DNA from: Sminthopsis crassicaudata | Taxonomy: Eukaryota | DNA: 64,000 bases | NCBI RefSeq assembly: GCF_048593235.1 | Contig: NC_133618.1 | Coordinates: 389,502,562-389,566,561 of the forward strand | Direction: 5' to 3' | Shown: piece after piece, positions 34,930 through 55,561 of the stretch | How the letters are laid out: each line of letters opens with the position of its first letter | Numbering within the stretch: the first letter of the stretch is position 1 | Program-made: the position numbers and the translations under genes | The notes under the pieces: generated by a model | Told to the model about the DNA's origin: nothing | Databases searched by the model: none | What the model saw: the letters and a program-made list of their open reading frames with translations, nothing else

Positions 34930-36873
34930 TCTCAATGGCGCTTGCCTGACTTTTCTATTGGACCCTTTCCACATAGTCTCACTGTCTTTTTTTGGATGAC
35001 TGCCAAAGGCTCTCAAGAAAATCCCTTCCTTCAAAATTTGAAAAAAGTTTCTTTGAAAAAAGTTAGCCAATTATAGGGATATTTTAAAACATATTCACCA
35101 AGAAAACCAAATAACATATATGTTATGTATACTGCATATACTATTCCATATTTGTAGTCTTCCCACCTCTCCAATAAAGGGAGGGAAGTACAATTTTTCA
35201 ATACTTTTTCATGGCCAAACTTGGTTTTTATAATTATTCAATGTTCAATTTTGGCAACAACAATAATAAACTTTTCTAAAGTGTTTGTTTGTTTTTTTTT
35301 ACTACTAACTGCTTAGAAATTGTGATCTCAGATCTTTGCCAATTTAGAAGGGATCTCTATTTCTATCACCAAACTGCTTGCTTCAATATCAGGAAGATTT
35401 TTGACATTCCCAAAAGTTCATTGTTGGTGATCTTAGTTTCAGGGATGGAGTAGTTGGTGCACTTATACCTTGACTAGCCTACATGTAATCAATATTAATA
35501 AGATGAGATATTAAGGAAAATTTTCTCTCAGATATTTAAAATAATAATATTTTACCTCAGGATATTTTCTTCTTATATATGAGTTTTTCTTTCACTTTTT
35601 TAAAATTCATGAACCTAGTATTTTTGAGGATTTTTGTTCCCTCTTGGATATTTTACAAACAAAGCATTTTTGCTCATTGCCACCAAATGCATTGTGACTG
35701 TGCAATGGATAAGGGGAAATATTTCTCTTATAAAAAGTCAACTTATAAAAACTACATAAAGATTCCCTCTATCTAATTAAAAAGAGCATATTAATGTCTT
35801 ATTGAGGGAGAAACTGACTGTTACCTTCAGAAACTAAAATTGACAAAAATGTTAAAATGAGAGTTTATAGCCATATTCAGACATTAACAGAATATTCTGG
35901 TTATGAATAATTTATGAATAATTAATTTTCCTGTAAACCAAGTTCTACATTATTTCACTTTTCTAATTAGCCAACAATTTGAAAGTAACATACAATTTAT
36001 TTTTAGTAGTTTTATAGTCAAAGCTCAGACATAAACCACTTTTCATGTTATTAAGCTTATTTTGTGAAATTACTTTTTAGGATTTTAAACATTTTTAGTC
36101 ATTGACACTAGTTTCATGGTGACTGTGCAATGGATAAGTGAAAATAGTCTACTTCCCCAAAAAGTTAACTAAGAACATAGAATAACATAATTTTAACTAA
36201 TTATAATTTTCCATAAAATATTAACACATCTTAAGAAAAGTAATCAACAGTATTAGTATAACTTGTGGAAAAGAAAAGTAAAGTTTAGAGCAAGAATTTT
36301 AAAAAAGTAACCCAAGTTAATATTTGGTTAAAAAAAAAAAAACTTTCAAATGTTATTGTATTCTATGTTCCCTAAACTCAAAAACTACCTTGAAATTGTT
36401 CGATGCTTAATTGTGTTACATTGTAATCTGCATCTAGTTTATTTCAATCATCTTTATGAGCGATTTTTAAGAGTTTATCAGCTCAAATTGTAAAAGGTCT
36501 TATTATGATTATGTAGGCATGGAAATTAACAATATTTAATGGAACTTCAGGTCCAATACAGAAAATTAACATATTTTATCTTCTCAAAATAATTCTGCTA
36601 ACTTTCTCAAGTATTACTTTTAATCACTTCTATGAACTTAAAAAAGCATAATTTATCGACATTGTTTAATTTTCTACTTTATATAGATAAATTAAATGTA
36701 GAGCTGCAAACAAATTACTTTTTTGCCTTAGACTTTATTATCCTTAGTGAAGTGAAATAAAGAAGTGAACAAAAAATCAGGGGAAAATCTGAATGAACAA
36801 TGAAAACTAGAGTTTAGTTGGATTTAATTCCATTCAATTAAAAGATAAAAATAAATTAAAATGACTGATTTTT

Positions 36874-36968
36874 GGAGGCAGCTAAATGGTGCAGTGGATA
36901 GAATCTCAGACATTTAATACTAACTGGCTCTTTGATCCTGGGCAAGTCACTTAACTCCAATTGCCTCA
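36874..36968 (+). mobile_element. Internally deleted CORE-SINE
   Basis: GGAGGCAGCTAAATGGTGCAGTGGATAGA head joined to CTGGGCAAGTCACTTAACTCCAATTGCCTC tail. Confidence 0.75.
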
Positions 36969-37433
36969 CCCCTCCACCCTCCCAAAAAAATAGAGAAAAA
37001 AGAGAATTCTTTGTGTCTTAAAAAATACATTTTATTTAATAATTTTATTTTCACATCTCAATAAATTCTGGGATTAAGAAGGTTTTTACTTTTTTTTTGT
37101 TGTCTTGGGTATCATCGCGAAGCCCTAATAAGTCATAAAAAAAATAAACTTCTGAGGTAAGACGCTGAAGAAAAATTGGGACCCCTCCCTATCATAACAA
37201 GTTGATTAATTTTAATCACTTTTTCATGACATTACTGATTATTCAAATAAGCTCTTCATTGTTTTGCATTATTCTAATAATTTTTGTTTCTGTTTTTGAG
37301 TTCGGGGAGTAAGCTGATCCTAGAAATCTAAGTCTATAATTTTCATAGTAAGTTAAAGAACTTTAATCTAGAATTTTTTTTTTTAAATCGTGAAACGAAC
37401 TTTATATAGAGTGTAATTTGTCAATAAAGTCGC

Positions 37434-37454
37434 ATGGTGGTGCTGCGAAACAAG
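37434..37454 (+). promoter_or_regulatory. Degenerate CSE / CTCF-type site with TGCT core (gene 6)
   Basis: ATGGTGGTGCTGCGAAACAAG; TGCT at 37441-37444. The upstream flank AATTTGTCAATAAAG is shared with the gene 7 promoter. Confidence 0.75.
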
Positions 37455-37476
37455 AAGGCGATTAAAAGAATTGTAA

Positions 37477-39993
<2,517 letters not shown>

Positions 39994-42359
39994 GTTCAGG
40001 GGTATGGAAATAATTTAGAGGAAAATCTGTCATTTTAGAATAGCTATGGCATCAATTAATGATTCTATGCTATTAATATGATAATTTTAAATGACTTTTT
40101 CATCTTTTTTATTACATTGTATTATAGCTAATTTTTTGTGCTCCATTTTGTTCCATGTAATCAGTAGTATAGTAATGTATTAAACTTGTTTTCTAAACAT
40201 ACATATATACACATACATAGTCATTTTTAAAATATATTTAGAAGGGACTTTAGATTATTATATAGTCTAACTCTTTTATCATATAAATTAAAAAAAAAAA
40301 AAAAAAAAGAGACCCAGTGAATTTAAGTGTGTTGTTAGGACAGATTTATAGCTTGTTGCTAATGGAAAGATGCAATATTTTTACAACAGTTTATCTTATT
40401 AGTGTGTTAATACAGTGAAGCAGAACCATTTTCACATTTCCATTGCATGCACATTTCCATGAAGGTTTAGCCACTAGTAGCACATATTCTAAAACTGGAA
40501 CTATATAATGTTGATTAGTGTGACTCCTGCTCAAAGATGGCAAATTCATTGAGCACTCCACATTTTGGGTAAAATATTTCATGTTTCCTGGCTCTTAATT
40601 CTCTTTATATCTTTATATCAAATATGAGATAAGGGAATCTTTGAAAAATATGTTTTCTATAGTTACTAAATAATATTTCACTGAAGTTTTAAAAAATGTG
40701 GATTAAGTAGTTGCAGGAGATATAATTTTGATCTAATGGTATTTTCAGGATTTTTAAAAACTTCTTGTATTTTCTATTGTATTAATGTAAGTTAAGGCTT
40801 TCCACAAATGGTAGCTCCTTTTATCACTGGCCCTATGGAATGTGTTTACAAAATATGAAATGGTTAAAAAGTAATTTGTTTTGGAAACTCTGGCTATAAA
40901 TTAAATGTTCAAGAATCCAAAAAAATTATTTGGAGTTTTTCAGTGTATTAATGGTCCCTAATGACTAGTCATTAACTGCACCTGAAATTATGATTTGTTT
41001 GATGTTTCAAGTTTATCTACTACTGCTCTGCTTTCATAACAGAGATAAATTCAGTCTCACTAGTTTTCACTGAGGTTGGCACCATACATTTGAGCCTTAA
41101 TTGGAAGGGGGGATTTGGGAAGACATAGAAATGCACATTGTTAGAATAAAGGACAAGCAAAAGGAAAAGAATGTAAAAATAAAGGGAGTGATAAAGGATA
41201 GAAATAAAGAGACCAAAAGTGATAAAGAGGAAAAAAAGAGAAACAAAGAAGAGAAAGTGCAGATCAAGAAGATGTACACATATCAAGACTAAGAATAGGC
41301 TTAAGTGTCATAGGTCAACTTCAGGGTTCTTCTTTCCATTATTTTATAGAGACTGGGCAACTCTGTGATAAGTATATCTAAAAGATTTTAAAGAAATCAT
41401 TTGAATTATGAAGAAAAAAATCCTATAAATCCCATTTCAGAAATCTAATACACAAGGTTTTAAGGCGACTAGGATTTCACTTCTATTATGGAAGTTCACA
41501 TAGACTGAAATAATGGATAAAGAGCAGGATTTGGAGAAAAAATTCAAGTCTTTCCTCTAGTATTCATGAAACTGTGTTACTAAGGGCAAGTCACATAGCA
41601 AGTCAATTGCCTCAGATAATGGACTTATGATTTCTTATATCCAGAAATTCTTTCCAATGATGTAAATCTTAATATATCCATGCATCCAGTCTGTGTGATT
41701 CTAGTGCATCTTCTTCCAAAATTTTGCCACAGGAGATGCAGCATGCAGAAGGTCTTCACACTTTCTTGTCCCAATGGTATTGAAGCATTTTGGCTGTCTA
41801 CCTATCATCTTTTCCTCTTGCCATGTATCCATATTATTTTCTCTTATCCTGTGATTTCTTGATGATGTACTTCTGTTTTTCTTCAGAGTCTCTTGGTTCC
41901 AAGTTTCAGCTAGATCACAATTATTATCTGATGCTTTTCCATTTACCTCTGTGTGATATATTCAAGTTTTTTTGTTTTTGTATTTTTTTTATTTAGAGGC
42001 CCTGCTATTCTTTATAACCACATAGCAACAAAATTTTCTGATTCTTTAAATTACAAATGAACTTCAACCTGTGTTTTTCTTTTAACCTTTATTTCCCTAT
42101 AGAACTTTAGTTAAAGCTCTGGAGTCTCCCTCCACCTCAACCAGTGGAAGTTCAAATAAACATGAGTCAATCAACTTTTGACTTGATGGAGAAGGAAGAT
42201 AAGAAATACTTGATAAGGGACTCTAAAATGGAATTTTACCTTAATTATTTAAATGTATACACATATCACACTCAGCAAAGTAACAAAAATGACAAAAGAT
42301 GTCAATGAAGAGAATCATAGGAAGACAAGAACGCAATTAGTGAATTCATGAATTGGTCT

Positions 42360-42447
42360 TACCATTCTGTAAAACAATTTGCAACTCTGTGGGGAAAGAA
42401 ATCACTAAAATGTTCATTCTCCTTGAACTAGTGATGTTACTACTGGG
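42360..42447 (+). mobile_element. Old L1 ORF2 C-terminal fragment abutting the truncated pseudogene
   Basis: CCATTCTGTAAAACAATTTG...GTGATGTTACTACTGGG resembles CCATTCTGGAGAGCAATCTG...GTGCTACTATTGGG at 61066-61148. Confidence 0.5.
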
Positions 42448-42449
42448 AG

Positions 42450-44428
<1,979 letters not shown>

Positions 44429-45435
44429 AAATTTATTTTTCAATATTTTTCATGTTTAATAGAAGAATTAAATTTGTTTTCTTTTCTACACCTTTTATTT
44501 GATAGAATATCGATTTGATTAATTAGCTGGGTCTTTAACCATTTTATTCATGCCTCTCCCTCATCTATTCTCCCTTGTTTTTGTAATGACATTTTACACT
44601 TTGTTAGAACTCAAAAGAATAGTAAACAATTGAAACTTGACAATTGCATTCTTCTGTCTTAGCCATCAACCAGTGAAGTGAAGTTTATCTTCACTTACAA
44701 ATCAAGACATCACTCTTCTGAAGTCATTGGTCCTATTTGAGAAAAGATAAACAAGAAAAACAATAGGGTTGTTAGTTATGAAGAACTGAGTCTTTTTAGA
44801 TCCTCTGCTCTTCTCTGTACCATTTACTGTATTCTATGTCTTCCACAATGTATGCTTTCTATCATTTAAACTTTTCAACACAATAAAAATGGTGTCACTA
44901 AAAGCAATAAGCTTGGTCCAAAAGCAGAATATGTCCATTTGATTCTCTTATATAGTTGGTATTCTTGAGAATTATTGATGGTGAGTATTTTATCATTGTG
45001 TTTCAATGTGTATCTATACTGCCCCCCTTTTAGATATGATTATAACATATCTATTTCCCATAATGTTATAATCACATGGATAAAATTTTCTTATGGCTTG
45101 GGGATTGTTGTTGTTTGTCTTTTTTTTTTTTTTTTTTTTTTGAGATTTATCACTGGAAATATGTCAACAAGATGAAACATTTTTATCCTTTTAAATGAAT
45201 TTGGGTTGAATTAGCTAAAAACAACTAGCTTTGTCTTAATAAAGTTTTCAACTTCATTGTCCATCATGGCATCATGCAGATATTCTCTCTATCTGTGCTT
45301 TACTAATCCATATCAGTCATTCATTTGGGGGGAAATCACCTTAAAAATGGTCAGCTCTCCATCCTAATTTTTTTTCTATGTAGATAAATAGTATGGCTTT
45401 TCTTATAGGCTAAGTGGATTGTTCTCAACCATGAA

Positions 45436-45705
45436 TTGAGATATATTTAGAGAATCCCAGAGAATCAATTAAAACACTATTAGAAACAATTAACAACTTT
45501 AGCAAATTTTATAGGATATAAAATAAACCCACACAAATCATTAACATTTCTATATGTTACCACTAAAATTTAGCAACAAGAGATATAAAGAGAAATCCCA
45601 TTTAAAACAACTGTACGAATACATTTACAAAACACTTTTTACACAAATAAAGTTTGAGTTAAACAATTGGAAAAAAATCAATTGCTCATGAGTAGGCTGA
45701 ACTAA
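45436..45705 (+). mobile_element. L1 ORF2 (RT region) fragment
   Basis: Translates to ENPRESIKTLLETINNFSK..GYKINPHKS-like L1 ORF2 motifs. Confidence 0.75.
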
Positions 45706-46449
45706 TCTAACAATGAAATGAGAGATATTACAGGGGAAATTTGATGAAATAGGCTTATGGAAATGACAAGATATTATAAAGCTCAAGAATTGAATAAAGA
45801 ACTGAAGTGATTAGCTGAATGAATAAAAACTAGGTTTGACTAAAATGCATTATTATTTCAGTTACATCTTTGTTCTTAAAAAAACAACAACCCATATGAT
45901 CCTTCTAATACTATAATATGATATTGGGTAGGTCTCTTCCCCTCTCTTTGGCTCAATTTTATCACTTGTAAAATAAATAATTATATAATAAGGATTCATA
46001 TGCAATCCTAACATTTTATGATAATTCACTTAATTTTATTTAGATACATTGGGCTGGAATTCAAGAATTTACTTGTCTTCTAACAAATCACGTTACAAGG
46101 TAAAATACCACCCATATTATTCATGGAACATATTGAAAGCGAAGCAGATAAGAATGATTGAGGGAGAATACAGCCTTGCTGCAGATCACATTATCCAGAA
46201 GTTTTCAGGAAAACTTTACTTCCTGTAATGTCAGAAATGATGAAATGCATGAAAATATTTTTTATTTCGAAGCAAAATTGTTAATTACCTATTTAATTTA
46301 TGACTTTTTTATACTTGGTAGCCCTTGTATTATGAACAGCCTCATTAACAGGGTAAATGATGGGTTCTCTAACCATAACTGATAAGTGTCTTGGGAAGAC
46401 ATGATTTCCTTGATTTTTCACAAGTACCATAACTAGAGCAGATTAATAG

Positions 46450-46680
46450 GCAACTAGGTGAGACATAGATAAGAGTACAGAACTTGTCGTGAGGGAGACC
46501 TGAATCGGAATACTACTTCAAAGCTTACTAGTGTGACTGGGCAAATCACTTAATTTTTTGAAGCTTCAATGTCCTCATCTTAGTAATAATAATATCTTCT
46601 TCACAAGGTTACAAGGATTAACTGAAAAATGTAAAAAAACGTTTTGTAGATCCTAAAGCTCTATACAAATGCTAGCAATA
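46450..46680 (+). mobile_element. MIR/MAR1-like SINE
   Basis: GGCAACTAGGTG head, GTGTGACTGGGCAAATCACTTAA core, GTCCTCATCT; boundaries approximate. Confidence 0.55.
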
Positions 46681-46758
46681 ACTGTTATTATTTTATCTGA
46701 AAGGATCTATATATTTTCTAACTGAAAAGGATATAGAGTAATTTGTCAATAAAGACGC

Positions 46759-46779
46759 GTGGTGGCGCTGTAGACTAAG
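46759..46779 (+). promoter_or_regulatory. CSE / CTCF-type site (gene 7)
   Basis: GTGGTGGCGCTGTAGACTAAG, CGCT at 46766-46769, 254 bp upstream of ATG 47020. Confidence 0.9.
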
Positions 46780-46902
46780 AAGGAGAGTAAAATACTGCAG
46801 ATCTGGTGGATTGCCTTAATTCAGAGAAAAGAAAATACAAAAGCCATGCCGCGGAAGGAGATGTTTTCCAAGCCATAAATGGAGCTGAAGAAATATTAGT
46901 AA

Positions 46903-49395
<2,493 letters not shown>

Positions 49396-51029
49396 ATAGA
49401 GGTATGAAGTGATGAAAATGCACGTGTGATTTTGTTATATTTGCTATGAACATATCCCCAGTAGTCCTGTATTGCTTAGAATATTAGAGAGTTACTGTAA
49501 TGATAGTCTTCAATTTTTTTTTTAAATTTCTGCAGGTTCAATAGTCCAGTCATTTGGATATTCATGCATTGAATTCATTTGCATTATCTTCGTTTTAAAT
49601 TCAAAGGACAGAATTTTGTTTGACATTTGATTGATTAAACAGTGACTCACATTTGAGTTCTAACCCACCCTCTGAGCCTATTTGATCACTCTTAATGTTC
49701 TACTTTCTATGTCCCTATCCTATCAGCCTTTATAGAAACAATAAAGATGAGTATAATGTGGATGCTAGATGCCCTTGAGTTATCATTAACCTAGGTCAAT
49801 CTTTGTTATCATCTGTACTTTACAATTTCATGTTCTCTTCCCATAGTGTTTTAATACAAGTAAATGAAGTGCTTTGCTCTACAGTGTTTTTCCCCCCCTA
49901 CAAAAATCACAATTATTCTGAATAAGGCTTAGAATTTTCTTTTTGTATATGCCTTATTCAACTCCATATCTATTTCTGTGTGACATTTTAGAAATAAAAT
50001 AATTTTATGCTTTCCTGAAAATTAACATTGCTTATCAACTGAAATAATTTTTATCCAGGATACATAAATGTGTTAAAGAACCTAGACAATTTTTTTTTAT
50101 CAAGTATAATTTTAAAGAGCATTTTATGAGGATTTGGAGCATTCTTGAGAAATTTTTTAAGGTAAATCTATTTCATATTTTTAAAAAATTAAATTTGTGT
50201 TTTTGGGTTTATGTTATGATTACTTGCCAATACTACTTTCCTTTTCCCAAGGAATTATAAATTATAACTGAATAAAGCAGATGATCAAAACAAACTATCA
50301 AAAAGACTGAGTGTGCTAGATTCTGCACTTTAACTCACTATCTCTCTACTAAGAGGAGGAAACTGTTTTATCTTATACTCTAGAGTTAAGATTGATTGTT
50401 GCATTTAACTTCAATCTATGTTTTTAGTGTTGTTTTCACTTAAATTCTTGCAGTTCCTATTTATATTATTACCTTGATTCTTTTTTCATCAGTTCATATT
50501 TGTTTTCAAATGTTTCCAATTTGCACCTAACTGCTGTTTCTTATAGCTTACTACAAATCAATTGCATTATATACCACAATTATTCAGCTGTTCTGTAGTT
50601 AATGAGCACTTTTGTGAAAAAACAATAGTTTTTGCTACAGCAAAATCTGTTTTGCTATGAATATTTTAATAAATGTGAAACCTTTGTTTAATTTAGATCC
50701 CAATTTCACATATAGAAGTAAACAGATATCATTGATTATCTCTGGCTCACAGAATGTATTAACAAAGCTTTGGAGAAAATATGAATTGGATTGAAAATGT
50801 AATTTTGTGAACCTTCATATTCTTCACTGATCTCAAGATTGTTTTAATATTGCTGGACAATTTTCTTAAACTGGAATTTAATAGTAAATTAACCCCTCTA
50901 AATAATACAGTTCTGGAATCAAATGAGACAGTGACCTAGAATTTAAATACTTTGTCTCTTTTGAACACATTTGCAAATGTGTCTTCCTTGTTTTGAAAGT
51001 GTTTAAAATAATTTCATTATGTACTTTCT

Positions 51030-51300
51030 CCACCATTTCACTTCTTCTTATCCTTCTCTTTCTTTTCTCTTGCTCTCTTTGCCATGGTTTCTTTATTCTT
51101 TTTCTCTGTTTCTTTGTCTCTGTATCTCCCATTTTCTGACTGTCTCTTTTTTTGTTTCTATGTCTCTGTCTCTGCTCTGGATAGAGAGAGTAAGGCCCAA
51201 TATATTATGACTACTGTCTCTCTATATATGTTTCTGTCTCTGTCTCTCGTTCTTTCATTCTCTCCCTCTTTCTTCCCTGCCCTCCCTTTCTTCCTCCCTC
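51030..51300. repeat. TC-rich low-complexity tract containing a short PCDHB-derived insert
   Basis: Pyrimidine-rich degenerate (TC/TGTCTC)n sequence; insert at 51174-51218. Confidence 0.8.
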
Positions 51301-51548
51301 TTAAAAGGTCAGGAGACAAACAATGTGAGTGATTATGTGTTTTATCATTTCACCACACCAGTCTGTAGAGCTCTTCCCAAATCCCCCATACCATAAGAGA
51401 ATGGTTTCAAATCCTGGAGAGCAAAGTATTCTATAGACATTGGGTAATAAATTGGGTAATAAATAGTAGTTGCAACAATTAGATGTCTGACATACTTTGC
51501 AAAACAGCAAATCATAAAAACATAAGTTTTAACTTCTAGTAGCGACAC

Positions 51549-51569
51549 TTGGTGGCGCTGCTGGCTAAG
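51549..51569 (+). promoter_or_regulatory. CSE / CTCF-type site (gene 8)
   Basis: TTGGTGGCGCTGCTGGCTAAG, CGCT at 51556-51559. Confidence 0.88.
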
Positions 51570-51716
51570 AAGGAGACATTCACTGGTTCTGTAGACTGAT
51601 TTCTTAGAAATCGTGAAACAGACTAGAAGACCGAGACAAAGGCAGAAGAAGGAATGTTATTAGCTGGAGCTTGGTAACAGCCTGGGCCTTGTGCTGCTCT
51701 CTGGCAGTTAACCTAA

Positions 51717-54167
<2,451 letters not shown>

Positions 54168-55288
54168 AGATGAAATATTTCCCCCCACTAATTCTATCAA
54201 GAGCATTTCTTTGTCTCTGAGTTTTTAAATACATTTAAGAATATTTTAAAATGCTGATTTATCTAATTTATCCCTTTGTTTTCCAACTTTTCCCCACCTT
54301 TGTATAATAAAAATTGAGGCTGTCCTTCAGAACATATCCTTCCATTGCATTACTTGTAAAGGATTTTGCAGCTAGCATCCCTTAAAATCAACTTTTACAT
54401 TTTTAAACCAAATTTATTCTCAAATAAAGTACATTTCAACTATCAGTAAGCATGTACATGCTGCACAATTTCTTTCTAAGTCTTTTTACTCAACTTTGAA
54501 TGAGTACAATTATGCATAGCTCATCTATTTTTAAAATTCCATGGTTTTCCCTGCCTATTTTTCCTTCCATTAATTAATAATTAATTAAATAGAATATATC
54601 CTCAGGCCCAATTTTAGTTAGTTTATAAAACCATTATTTTCTTTAAGTTGGCAGATGCTCTGGAGGTTGACTATTTTCTCTCCTTTTTTTGTTAGAATTT
54701 GTCACTCTCTTTTCAAATGTAATAAACTTTATTTAATTATCTGAAATATACTGCTTACCTGGTGAGAAAACACATGTGAAACCATATCACCTTTCCTCTT
54801 AATCTACCATTGAAAAAAAACATACAGAAAAGGTGACCATAAATATCTTTATGAAGTCAGGGGAGACCATCTTCAGCAATTTCAAGTCACATACTTTGTA
54901 AACTATTTCCTGTCTCTCTGTAGCTCTTGATAATTGATTCAATTTTCCTTTCCAAGTGTGACTGTGGTAAAATTCTTCACTGACACAGGTGATGATGCCA
55001 TAAACAGATAAAGAATACCACAATTATGCTTGTGGAGTGGCAGGTCACTTTTGTGGTAGAAAATGAAAGAGGGTAGTGTCAGTGTCCCATGAATGGTTTT
55101 TCCTCTTCGTTTAACATTATTTTTAATGCTTCTCTAATCTTATAAAATAGTATATGTTTATCTAAAACACTCTGTCCTTGAATTTGTTTATGTTTAGTGA
55201 AACATACATAAAAACATCAATTTTGCAAGAACCAACAGGTTTTAACTATTTTTACCCAACTGAACATTCCTTGCGTTATTTGATTGAG

Positions 55289-55312
55289 CCACTTAGTGGC
55301 GCTGTAGACCAG
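55289..55312 (+). promoter_or_regulatory. CSE / CTCF-type site (gene 9)
   Basis: CCACTTAGTGGCGCTGTAGACCAG, CGCT at 55300-55303, 262 bp upstream of ATG 55562. Confidence 0.85.
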
Positions 55313-55561
55313 GAAGAAGCCTTTCGGAAAATTCCCAGAGCAAAACTCACAGTTACATTAAACTCCTTGCTTTCTGAAAAGCACTTGGGTCTGCAGGGCA
55401 CTTTCAAGCTGTGCCTAAATCCTGACCTCGGCTGTTGGAAACATTGTCACAACTGGAATCTGAACAGTGGAGTCCTGTGCCCATCTGACCCTTTTTCTGA
55501 CTTAGGGGTCACCACAACCGCAACGCCGTGTTTAGTGACCAGTTGATGTGGAGCGACAGTA

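Noticed and set aside
55178-55546. 122-aa ORF across the gene 9 promoter
   Set aside because: It starts at TTG, overlaps the CSE and 5' UTR, and has no recognisable domain.
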